From Ostreococcus lucimarinus (lineage: Eukaryota): a stretch of DNA of 64,000 nucleotides. Numbering within the stretch: the stretch's first letter is position 1; every line of letters starts with the position of its first letter. Location: assembly GCA_000092065.1 (NCBI GenBank), contig CP000598.1; one strand, given 5' to 3'. The notes under the pieces are model-generated. The model had not been told where the DNA came from and made no database searches. It saw only the letters and a program-made list of their open reading frames with translations. A program made the translations under genes and the position numbers. Shown here in pieces: positions 42,726 through 51,946 of this stretch.

Positions 42726-43150
42726 TTGTCCTGGTTACCTATCCATCCCTAAGAAAATATTGTTGCCTCCTCCTGCGGTTTGCAGTCACATTCGAGAGAC
42801 CATAGGTACTCGTGTCGCTGCGTGGGGTGCAAGGTCCGGGGTGTAGATATCGAACCGCCTGATTTCACACCTGGACGTTCGTGATCCGACGAGACCTGAC
42901 GAAATGACGAACTTGTTTTGTCGTCCCCAAATTCGTCAGCCCGTCGTTCGGTCACACTTTGTGTGTACCAATGATGAAAATGACGAAATGTTAAAATATT
43001 TTAATGTTTATTTTTATTTTAGATCTATGACAAGCAACAGTGTAGACCTTTATGAAAACAGTTCGTCATTCGTCATTTCGTCAGGATCCAAACCATGGTC
43101 TTTTCGGTGTCTTGTTGAGTCTTCATATTGCAAATGTACGAATCACAAAA

Positions 43151-43669
43151 TTAGTATGAACACCAGACGACCGCCGGCGCGAGCTCCGTCTCCCCCGTGT
43201 ACCCATTGTTCTTCAGCCACTCGAAGCACCCGTCGCGGTCAATTTCCCAATAGACGCCCTTCTCGTCCCTACCTTGCCTCAGGTGGTCCTCTTCCATTGG
43301 GATCCTGTGGCCCTTTTCCTTCTTGAAGAAGTCCTTGAGCTTATTGCCGACCTTCGTCGCGCTATCTTGTCCACGCGCAGCCGCTGGCAACCACGTCTGG
43401 TATTCGATGAAGATGTCACTGTTGCGGATTTTATTTCCAACCCACTTCTCAGGGAATTCAACAGTGACGCAATGCTCAAACCATCGAGTGAACTTGGGCA
43501 TGCAGCCACGCTTCATTTCCGAATACGCGTCGGTCGTAGGTCTCGTGCGCTCCACATGATAACCGGTACGGAGAAGTTTATATTTATTAATTAAAGACTC
43601 GCGCGTGTTGGCGCTAAATGATTTTATTGCTGCCGAGAGACTCAAGTTTGGCCGTCGTTTGAGTCGCAT
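43151..43669 (-). CDS. Hypothetical 172-aa basic protein encoded next to the GIY-YIG gene (copy A).
   Basis: The first ATG is at 43669 (the tracked start is TTG). I recognise no family. It has motifs such as KFTRWFEHCV and GVYWEIDRDG. Confidence 0.45.
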   Translation of the reverse strand: MRLKRRPNLSLSAAIKSFSANTRESLINKYKLLRTGYHVERTRPTTDAYSEMKRGCMPKFTRWFEHCVTVEFPEKWVGNKIRNSDIFIEYQTWLPAAARGQDSATKVGNKLKDFFKKEKGHRIPMEEDHLRQGRDEKGVYWEIDRDGCFEWLKNNGYTGETELAPAVVWCSY

Positions 43670-43746
43670 CGATGGGTCGCGCCCGCCGATATAACGCCGG
43701 CGTTTCGGACACGATCTTGAAAACAAGCACTGGTTGACTTGATTGA

Positions 43747-46272
43747 TTAGGAAACCTTATCCGTGCCTTTTACGCTGAGCCCGGTCATGGACGGCTTCGT
43801 CGGCATGGTGAACGCGGTGTAGTCCGCCGCCGTGGGCACCGTGATGCTCGTGTCGTACGACATCCCGGAGCACGCCGACGCATCGGCGGGAGCAAGCATT
43901 TCGACACCACTTTCGAGTTTCAAGACGTACCGGTCGCCAGTCGATGGTTGTTTGAACGTGGTGCCATCGGGGATCAGGACATCCGGACGGCGATGGTAAC
44001 CATTGTTGTCGTCGCACTCCTCGTTGCCATACTGGTCGACCTCGGGCGCCGCGCGCGAACCAGTCATCGGATTGAAGCAAATGAACGGCGCGTCGCCCAA
44101 CCAACCGCCTTCGTAACGCACGTTGAGATTCACCCCGGAGTAGTCGGTACCGGATGGAGAGCGCAGCAACACGGCGTCCGTGGGTATCTTGCCTTGAAGC
44201 TGGAGAGGCGCATCCATGAACTTCTTTGACGCGGAGTCCGAAGGATCTTCGAGCCACGCCATGCCCTCCCAATTGCTTGAGCTCCACTCGTAGTGCACAT
44301 CCAATTTGTTGGGTTCCTCGCAAACGTCGGTAGTGGCGGTGCAACTCAAAGTGTCGAGGTTCGCAGGTGTAGCTTCGAAGAGAACCATATGAACTTCTCC
44401 CGAGTCAAAGAATGAGTTGGTTGGGTCCATTACGACTTCAGCGCCGAGGGTGCCGGAAACGTCTTCCTTCAACGAGCCGGTATCTTTGTCGAAGACGTAC
44501 TTTTTATAAGTGCTTCGAGCGTCGTTGTATCCGTTCGGCGAGCCGTAGAACTGGCTGTCGTGACTGCTCGCACTCGATAGCTTCGTCTGGTCGATACACC
44601 GCTCGCCGCACGTGAGTGCGAGGTGGCTGCTGAGCGACCCAGGGGGGACGGTTTGCGCGTCAGACACTTTGAAGTGCGTCAGGTTAAGCAAACTCGCAGA
44701 GCCTCGGCCGAAGATGCTTCCCCAGCAGCGTATGATTTGGTTGTCAATGTCAGCCATCGTGAGCGCACGCGGAGTCGTGATTGAGTTCGTGTTCAGCGAT
44801 CCACCGTTCCAAGTTCGCTTCGACGACAACACGAGTGCGTTCGCGTCGGAGTCATACCTGAACTTGACCTCAACTTCTGCAGCGTTAGTGTCATCCCAGA
44901 ACCAGCCTGTGATCGTCGCCCCTTGGTAGTCGCTTGCGCTTCGCACCGTCGCCGTGAACTTGTACAACACCCCGCGTGAGACTTTGAGCCTCTTGTTCAC
45001 GTTCAGTATCGGATCATCCCAATCGACAATTTCCTCTACTACGTTCCCGTCGGTGAACGCGGTTTGAGCGATAGTCTTCTCGGCGGTACTGAGCGCGGTG
45101 TCGGAAATGTAGTCGTAATCGGAAATGTAGAGATTGCCCGGATAGTGCAGATCAGCATTATACGTCTTGCCGTCGCTGCCTGTAGCCTGAAGATGCACGT
45201 AGCTTTGAAGGTTCACCTTCGCCCCGTTGCTGTCGTACGCGCCGTAGCGCTCACCGAAGAACGATCTGTTCTCGAGTTCATCGCAGAATGACTGCCCGTA
45301 CGCCTTCGTCTTGACGAGCGTAGCGGTAGTCACCAATTGACCCGCTTGTGTCGAACCATTATCAAAGTCGATGGTCTGGAAAGAGGCCTTCGTGATGTCG
45401 TTTTCTGCGCGCGATTTAGCACCCGCGGTGAATGAATTGCTGCCTCGTGTCACCTCTTCCCACCACGTGACCCCGGTCGCCGTGCAATCCGAATCCGCGT
45501 CGGTGGTTTCGCACTCGCGACGAACCACACCTTTGATGCGTTGGGACGCGGTCGAGCCAGTCGGCGATTGGTACGTAAAGGTAAAGTTTTTCACCAAGAT
45601 TTTGTCAGACTTGATGGCGACGTCATCGCGCTTGACGATCATTTCCGTGTCGATGTTCGGCATTTCTGGGGTATCGCTGAGGGCTACCCAGACGTTCGTC
45701 TTGAAATCACGGGTATCGCTCGCGTCGTCGATGTCTGGGCCCGTGGCGTTGACGACCCAACGGTACGTAACCTTACCCTTGATTCGGTCGCCGTCGCTGT
45801 TGTCACAGTGGAAAGGATCGATCTCAGCGATGTATGGGCCAGTGTTCAGGTTCGCCGTCCAGTTCACCGAGGCGACGTAGCAAAGAACCATGTTTGGTAT
45901 CTGGAAAATTTCGGTACTTACAGCGTCGACGAACGTCTCCGCCGGCGGCGCCGTGGCGTAGTCGGACGTCGAAGAGAACGAAGACACTTCGAGAGGCGTC
46001 ACCTCGACGAGCGAACGACCATCGATTCGAGACGAACCAGAAGACGTCGTCGAAACACCCTCTGACGGGATCATGGTGACTTTACGCGGCGTCAACGCCG
46101 CCTTGAGCGCGTTCGTCTTCGCCGCGCCCGACAGCCCGCTGACGGTGGTCGGGGTCGGGGCCGGGGCCGGGGTCGCGTCGTCATCCCTGAGCCCGATGCC
46201 GAGGCCGGTGCCAAGGGCGACCACCACGGCGGCGACACCAACGATCGCGATCGCAACGCCACGTCTCACCAT
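43747..46272 (-). CDS. Protein of about 841 aa anchored by a signal anchor or N-terminal TM segment. It has a (TPAP)n linker and a large Ser/Thr/Asp/Trp-rich ectodomain. Copy A.
   Basis: The ATG was verified. The N-terminus reads VAIAIVGVAAVVVALGTGLGIGL. I recognise no catalytic motif. Confidence 0.55.
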   Translation of the reverse strand: MVRRGVAIAIVGVAAVVVALGTGLGIGLRDDDATPAPAPTPTTVSGLSGAAKTNALKAALTPRKVTMIPSEGVSTTSSGSSRIDGRSLVEVTPLEVSSFSSTSDYATAPPAETFVDAVSTEIFQIPNMVLCYVASVNWTANLNTGPYIAEIDPFHCDNSDGDRIKGKVTYRWVVNATGPDIDDASDTRDFKTNVWVALSDTPEMPNIDTEMIVKRDDVAIKSDKILVKNFTFTYQSPTGSTASQRIKGVVRRECETTDADSDCTATGVTWWEEVTRGSNSFTAGAKSRAENDITKASFQTIDFDNGSTQAGQLVTTATLVKTKAYGQSFCDELENRSFFGERYGAYDSNGAKVNLQSYVHLQATGSDGKTYNADLHYPGNLYISDYDYISDTALSTAEKTIAQTAFTDGNVVEEIVDWDDPILNVNKRLKVSRGVLYKFTATVRSASDYQGATITGWFWDDTNAAEVEVKFRYDSDANALVLSSKRTWNGGSLNTNSITTPRALTMADIDNQIIRCWGSIFGRGSASLLNLTHFKVSDAQTVPPGSLSSHLALTCGERCIDQTKLSSASSHDSQFYGSPNGYNDARSTYKKYVFDKDTGSLKEDVSGTLGAEVVMDPTNSFFDSGEVHMVLFEATPANLDTLSCTATTDVCEEPNKLDVHYEWSSSNWEGMAWLEDPSDSASKKFMDAPLQLQGKIPTDAVLLRSPSGTDYSGVNLNVRYEGGWLGDAPFICFNPMTGSRAAPEVDQYGNEECDDNNGYHRRPDVLIPDGTTFKQPSTGDRYVLKLESGVEMLAPADASACSGMSYDTSITVPTAADYTAFTMPTKPSMTGLSVKGTDKVS

Positions 46273-46409
46273 CGTCGCGCGTTGAAATGCGGCGACGACA
46301 AGTGGCGACGGTGACGCGATCTGCCCGCACGCAATTCAATTCCTTCGGGTCACCTTATCTTTTGGAGCCCCCGGAAACGCGACTGTTTACCAATACGATG
46401 GTTCCCGGG

Positions 46410-46950
46410 TATTGATTACTGGGCCTGTTGGCGCCCCGCGGGTGTGTGTGTGCCAGCCCGTAGGGTTTAAGGTTTAGGATCCGAAATATGGAGCCTCGCT
46501 ATTAAGCCGGGGATCCTCCGCGGGCACGCGCCCCCGCGGGCGTGTGTGTTTTCGCGGTCGGTCGGACGGGAAGCCTGTTGGCGCCCCACGGGTTTGTGTG
46601 TCGGTCCTTAGCGTTTGGGGTTTAGTATCGGACATACGGAGCCTCACTATTTAGCGGTATGACCACATATATTAATTGATTTATACCATTCATCCCGCGC
46701 ATAAAATCGGGTAGATTACTGTACAGTAATCTACCCGACTTTATGCGCGGGATGAATGGCATAAATCCCATAGTATATGGGGACCGGACCGGCGGGACGT
46801 GTGATTTTTTACCGTAGGGGTCATGATTGGTCGTTCGGGGGTACTCGTATGAAATAATGAAACACCATACTTTTATTTACATTTTGGTTTATTAAAAAAA
46901 CCCGTACGTGCATTTACTACAGAATTGACCACTTTTCGCGCGGGTTTCAC
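46410..46950. repeat. Dispersed intergenic repeat with a related copy at ~49440-50040. It contains the perfect palindrome ttactgtacagtaa (28 bp in copy 1: cgggtagattactgtacagtaatctacccg) and gggtttag-type motifs.
   Basis: Aligned directly. The two copies are related but diverged. Confidence 0.4.
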
Positions 46951-47065
46951 CAGAAAGCTTCAAAAATCGTGCCTTTTCTAAAACTCAATTTTCGCTAGGG
47001 TTTAGCGCCCCCGGTTTTCCGAGGATGCGGGCAGATCTCGCCGTCGGCGCCACTCGTCGACGACC
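46951..47065 (+). promoter_or_regulatory. Conserved upstream module (copy 2 of 4), ending at the ATG of the gene at 47066.
   Basis: It reads ...ctagggtttagcgcccccggttttccgaggatgcgggcagatctcgccgtcggcgccactcgtcgacgacc|ATG. Confidence 0.45.
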
Positions 47066-48181
47066 ATGGCCTCCCCGTCGCTCGATGCCGTGCGTTGGAG
47101 CGAATACCGGGCGCTCATGCAAGCGTGGGAAGCGTTTAACCCACACAGGGAGCTCCTGCGTCGGTTTTTACAGAAGCAATCGCACACGGAGCAGTGCCCA
47201 CCCGGCGTCCCGTACGTACCAGATCTGCCGGAGCCGGAGTACTTCGCCGTGAAGAGACGAATCGAGGCCGGGGAAACCGTTCCATGTCCTGGATTCTTAC
47301 GCGAACGCGACAACCGGCGCAATCAATGCCGCTGCGGGGCTCCACTCAGAGTTGATGACACTGGCAATATCTCCTGCACTTCCAAAATTCCCCGTCATGA
47401 GAACTATGGTCCTGTACCTCGTTGCTGTTGCTGGGCCGAAGAAGAGCACGCTCGTAACCAACGACATGACATGCCGCCGTATATTTTAAGGCCGCCACCC
47501 ATAGTGTCCCCCCCTCAAGTACCACCGTCGTCTCAAGTGCTCTTGAGCTTTTTGGAGGGGGTCAGGCCAAGCATGAACGCCAACTACCTGCGATGCGTTC
47601 AAGACATAGACGAAGAGCTCGCTCGTCTGAATGAGCAGCTTGCGGACAACAGCATTTCAACGACGAGGCGTGAAGCGATTCAACAGCATATAGTGAGCGA
47701 ACGCTCCAAACTTGAGGCCAAAGACACACAGTTACAAGATTTTTTTAACACGACGACCGCACTGGCAGAATCCGTGCACACGTTCGAGCACAGAGTGGCA
47801 GAGAAATACCAGAAAGCTGTGGATGCATACATTAAAGCGCAACTGGATGAAGTGGTCGTACCTCCGGATAGTAGAGGGAATCCAAAGTTTAAGGACTCAG
47901 TCGATGGCATCGACAGAGAGTTGGCCAAGTTAGAATCAGAAAATGGAGGCATCTCCAACGACAGCGCTCGCGCTCGCGTCGCCTCCAAACGTAAGAGCGT
48001 GGAAGAGTGTGAATCAGAGCACAAGCGCCTCAAAACCACTTCGGTTGAGTACAACTTGTCTATTTTGAAAGGGAGTTTGGAAAAAGACAAATCTATGTCT
48101 GCTGAAGACAAAAGACGCTGGGAATGCGTCATAAACGCCGTCGGGTTGTTACGAGCAAACGATGCACCAAGAACGCCGTAG
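47066..48181 (+). CDS. Hypothetical coiled-coil protein, family member A (371 aa).
   Basis: The ATG was verified. It is paralogous to the gene at 50177-51220 (YLRCVQDIDEELARLNEQLADNSISTTRREAIQQHI versus YLRTVERIDKNIQVLEAQLQDENISETRRSVIPQHI). Confidence 0.55.
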   Translation: MASPSLDAVRWSEYRALMQAWEAFNPHRELLRRFLQKQSHTEQCPPGVPYVPDLPEPEYFAVKRRIEAGETVPCPGFLRERDNRRNQCRCGAPLRVDDTGNISCTSKIPRHENYGPVPRCCCWAEEEHARNQRHDMPPYILRPPPIVSPPQVPPSSQVLLSFLEGVRPSMNANYLRCVQDIDEELARLNEQLADNSISTTRREAIQQHIVSERSKLEAKDTQLQDFFNTTTALAESVHTFEHRVAEKYQKAVDAYIKAQLDEVVVPPDSRGNPKFKDSVDGIDRELAKLESENGGISNDSARARVASKRKSVEECESEHKRLKTTSVEYNLSILKGSLEKDKSMSAEDKRRWECVINAVGLLRANDAPRTP

Positions 48182-48756
48182 CAACAGTATGGGCAAACAG
48201 TTAGGCGTTCTCCATGGCCTCCATTCGCGCGACCAGAGCGTTGACGCGCTCTTCGAGTTCGTCGATGCGGCGTTGTTTAGCGTCGTTCGCGCTCTCTACA
48301 TCGGCGCGACATAGAATAACGATAATCTATATCTGCTATATCTGCTTAATATTCTGCTTAAGATTTCGGCACCCTCGCTTAAGATCTCTTCAGAATGGAA
48401 TCTCTGAATGCAAGGCGTGGATGTACATTAAACCATGAACGGACCACGGTTCGATTTTTTTTATTACAAGTGTAGGTCTACTTTTACGTTTGGTGGACTC
48501 CGCTTGAGTCGGCCGATGTCACCGTGTCAGGTGTTCAGAGTGCACTAGAGACGTGACCGCCGATACACAGGGCGTCGAGCTCGGCGTGCCTGATTTCACG
48601 ACTCGGCGACCATGATTTGAAACCGAAATGACCATCGGCTTCAGGCCCAGGCGCGGCCGCAATGCTACTTTAAACTTAATATTTTTTTTTTGAAAAAAGA
48701 GTACTATAGTACTTTTGGTGTTTAAACGTGTTCGTGATATGATTGATAGTCCGTGA

Positions 48757-49407
48757 TTATACGTCGACTTTTGCGGGCGCCTGTTGGACGTAGATGACTT
48801 GCGGCTGCTGCGGCCGCGTCGCCACGGCGGTGGCGATGAGCTGGTCGCGTCGGTACGCGAAGCACCCGCACCGCCCACAGTAGCAGCACGAGACGATGAG
48901 CAACGTCAGGCCGACGACGGTACCAATGATGATGCCCGCGATCGCGCCACCGTCTGGTTTACAGCAGTCGTCACCGCAGCATACGTTTTGGCCGCCCGTG
49001 TACATACTGCACCATTTACCGCCTTTTTTGTGGAGTGGTGGGCACCCGTGGGCGCCGTCCCAGCATTTGGCTCCATTGGCAACTTCCGTGGCGATTTCTG
49101 TTCCACACGAGGTGTAACTGGAAATTGTGTCCGTACACTTGGACGGGCACGATTGGTCGATCGAGTTGCCATACGGTGGCGGTCCCGCGCTGCACCCGAA
49201 ACAGTCTGAGCACACACCGACCGTCACGCCGTTGTAGGTCCCGGTGTTGTAACAGAACTCTTCGCTCGATGCCCAGGGGTTCGCGCTCGCGTAGCCGCTC
49301 GAAACAACGCAGTCGGTGTGGGTTGAACACGTGTCGCCCGCGTCCGCGCGCGCGGTGTGCGCGACGGCGAGGCCGAAAACGAACGGTACGAGGAGGTTCT
49401 TAAACAT
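48757..49407 (-). CDS. Small type I membrane protein with a signal peptide (MFKNLLVPFVFGLAVAHTARA), a Cys-rich ectodomain, one TM segment and a short tail.
   Basis: The ATG at 49407 was verified. About 28 Cys lie in the ~150-aa ectodomain. The TM segment reads IAGIIIGTVVGLTLLIVSCCYC. Confidence 0.5.
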   Translation of the reverse strand: MFKNLLVPFVFGLAVAHTARADAGDTCSTHTDCVVSSGYASANPWASSEEFCYNTGTYNGVTVGVCSDCFGCSAGPPPYGNSIDQSCPSKCTDTISSYTSCGTEIATEVANGAKCWDGAHGCPPLHKKGGKWCSMYTGGQNVCCGDDCCKPDGGAIAGIIIGTVVGLTLLIVSCCYCGRCGCFAYRRDQLIATAVATRPQQPQVIYVQQAPAKVDV

Positions 49408-50009
49408 CTTTGGCGTGGGTTTATCTCGCAAAAGGATTTCAGCGAGGCTTGAGGTGCGCCGCAAAGTGAGGCCCGGAGATCCGGGGATCCTCCGCAGCCC
49501 CGCGGGCGTGTGCCTGGCGTGTGCCCTTCGCGGTCGGTCGGACGAGGGGCCCGTTGGCGCCCCGCGGGTTTGTGTGCCAGCCCCAGGGTTTAGGGGTTAG
49601 GATCGGACATATGGAACCTCACTAATTAGCCGCATGACCTCATACATTAAGTTATTTATATCTAGTCATCGCGCGAAATGGCGTGGGTAAATTACCGTAC
49701 TAGGGTTTCCGTAAATAAAATACGTACCGAAAATAATGAATTAATTTACACGGGCGTGCCACGACGTCGTCGCACGCGCTCGTGAAAATTTGGTTGACGG
49801 CTTGGATTCGAGATTTTGGGGAGGTAAAATTCGGCCAAATCCCGCGCATATATTACTGTACAGTAATCAAAGCGCGGGATGTGGCCAAAGTCTTTGGGTC
49901 ACAGCCCCTCACTTTGGGGGCTGCAGTGACGGGATGTGGGAATTTTACCGTATGGGTCGTGACTCGTCGTTGGGGGTACTACTATGAAATCCCATAATTC
50001 TATTGTACA

Positions 50010-50176
50010 TAGGGTTTAGAAATTAGGGTTTAGACGTCAAAAATCGCTCGGGTTCCATCAGAAACGTGTCAAAAACGGGCCTTTTCTGAAACTCGATTTT
50101 TGCTAGGGTTTAGCGCCCCCGGTTTTCCGAGGATGCGGGCAGAGCTCGCCGTCGGAGCCACTCGTCGCCGCACACG
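50010..50176 (+). promoter_or_regulatory. Conserved upstream module (copy 3 of 4), including tagggtttagaaattagggtttagac.
   Basis: It aligns with the other three copies and ends at the ATG at 50177. Confidence 0.45.
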
Positions 50177-51220
50177 ATGACCGATTCAGTCGCGCACGCC
50201 TCACCGACATGGAGAACGTACTCATTAAACCCGTCGCTGCAACCGGACTGGATGAACGGCACGGCGGAGGTAGAGGCGGTCAAAACAGCGGAGGATGATC
50301 TCGAGCGCTCGTACAAGAACAAGCCGTTCTTCAAGGACGCAAGCTACGAGGCATTCGCCAGACAACGAGACGAGTATGACAAACCGACGCCCGACGGCCT
50401 CGAGGAGTTCAAGCGCATCTTACGGTCGAATTATCTTCGCACCGTAGAGCGCATCGATAAAAATATCCAAGTTCTGGAAGCCCAGCTACAAGACGAGAAT
50501 ATCTCTGAAACGCGACGGTCGGTTATCCCGCAGCACATCGAGGACACTCGTGCGAAATTAAAAGAGCAAGACAATTCATTGAACGCGCTGTGCGCCGATG
50601 TGGATGCGGTTATCGCAGATTTGAAAGGCTTGCCCGATAAAATTGCCGACATTAAAGAGCGCGCCTCTGAACAACTTCAGCGACACAAAAGAAAAAGGAC
50701 TAATGCATCTTTGGAACGCAACCTCGAGGAGTTGAGCGATGCGTTGCGCAGCTACGAGGCGAAAAAAGAACAGGAGAGGCTCACCCTTTGTGAACACCAA
50801 ATTCGCCAACAGAATCTGCCATTGTCCCAGTATGTTCGCTACTCAGGGGGAGGAGTTATCGACGTTGTTCATCCTGTGGGTGTCATCGGCTGCGATGGTA
50901 GTAACCTCAGCGTTGATGGTCGTGGTGGTCGTGGTGGTCGTGGTGGTCGTGGTGGTCGTGGTGATCGTGTTCTTTCGGTTAATCGTCAACGTTACTTTGA
51001 AGTGCCACAATGGCGGCCTGAATGGGGACCTGAGAAGCAATTTTGTGCGTGCAAGAGCTTCCAAGAATGGTACAAAGTCGACGCCGGAGACCTTCTTTAC
51101 AGCGCGCTTCGTGGCGTAGAGGGCGCGCTAAAGGCGCTCAGTGGTTCGGGAGATGACACCTCTTCGCTTCGACGGCGCTTGGGCGATGCCAATTTGGACG
51201 AGGCAAGCACAGGGAGTTAA
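50177..51220 (+). CDS. Hypothetical coiled-coil protein, family member B (347 aa), with a (RGG)5 tract encoded by a (ggtcgtggt)n microsatellite.
   Basis: The ATG was verified. It is paralogous to the gene at 47066. Confidence 0.55.
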   Translation: MTDSVAHASPTWRTYSLNPSLQPDWMNGTAEVEAVKTAEDDLERSYKNKPFFKDASYEAFARQRDEYDKPTPDGLEEFKRILRSNYLRTVERIDKNIQVLEAQLQDENISETRRSVIPQHIEDTRAKLKEQDNSLNALCADVDAVIADLKGLPDKIADIKERASEQLQRHKRKRTNASLERNLEELSDALRSYEAKKEQERLTLCEHQIRQQNLPLSQYVRYSGGGVIDVVHPVGVIGCDGSNLSVDGRGGRGGRGGRGGRGDRVLSVNRQRYFEVPQWRPEWGPEKQFCACKSFQEWYKVDAGDLLYSALRGVEGALKALSGSGDDTSSLRRRLGDANLDEASTGS

Positions 51221-51755
51221 TATATGTGGACGTATATTTTGTTGTCCACGAATGGCGCGATATAGAATAACGATATCTAGCCGCTCTCCACCGCCTCCAG
51301 TCTCGACACAATGTCACTGAGCTCACTGCGGAGTTCGTCGATTTGCTGATCTCTCGATGCAACGGCGGCCTCTAAATCGGCGATTTGAGCGTCGTGCTGT
51401 TGCTGTATGCGGTCAACTTCCTGTAATGCTGCGGTTGAGAGCGTTGAAATTGCCGATTCTTGGAGGTGCTTGAAATCGGTAACAACCTCACCGTAGACGA
51501 ACAATCCGCGCCGCGCGCGCGCCAGTCCGGTGCGGGGTCGACCGAACTAGCCGTTGGTCGTAGTTTCCGACCGTTTGAATTTGAATTCGCTGCGCGCGCG
51601 GCGCTTGAAGACGACCGTTGGGGCCCAACGAGCATGTAAATCTTTGAGGCAGTTTTCGCCGCGCATGACGCGACGTGGTGTGCGTCGGAGTACGTCTCCG
51701 GCCGTCTCGACGGCGCGGAAAGGTTGCAAGAAGTCTCCTCGACGCATTACATTAA

Positions 51756-51946
51756 ATCTAGGGTTTAGAAATTAGGGTTTAGACATCAAAAATCGCCGAG
51801 GTTCCATCAGAAAGTTGTCAAAAACGTGGCTTTTCTAAAACTCGATTTTTACTAGGGTTTAGCGACCTCCGGTTTTTCGGCGGAGGAATTGCGTGCGGGC
51901 AGATCTCGTCGTTGTCGCCACTCGTCGACGCGGCGATGCTCTCAAC
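51756..51946 (+). promoter_or_regulatory. Conserved upstream module (copy 4 of 4).
   Basis: It aligns with the other copies. Confidence 0.45.

Larger units (their letters stand above)
42191..46407. repeat. Segmental duplication, copy A (4217 bp). It is more than 99% identical to copy B at 54125-58353 and carries three minus-strand genes.
   Basis: The ORF translations are identical. The only length difference seen is one extra GGGGCC unit (an Ala-Pro) in copy B. Confidence 0.85.

Noticed and set aside
33196-51800. TTTAGGG / CCCTAAA motifs as a telomere
   Set aside because: Only one or two units occur per site, embedded in unique sequence. These are interstitial motifs, not a terminal array.
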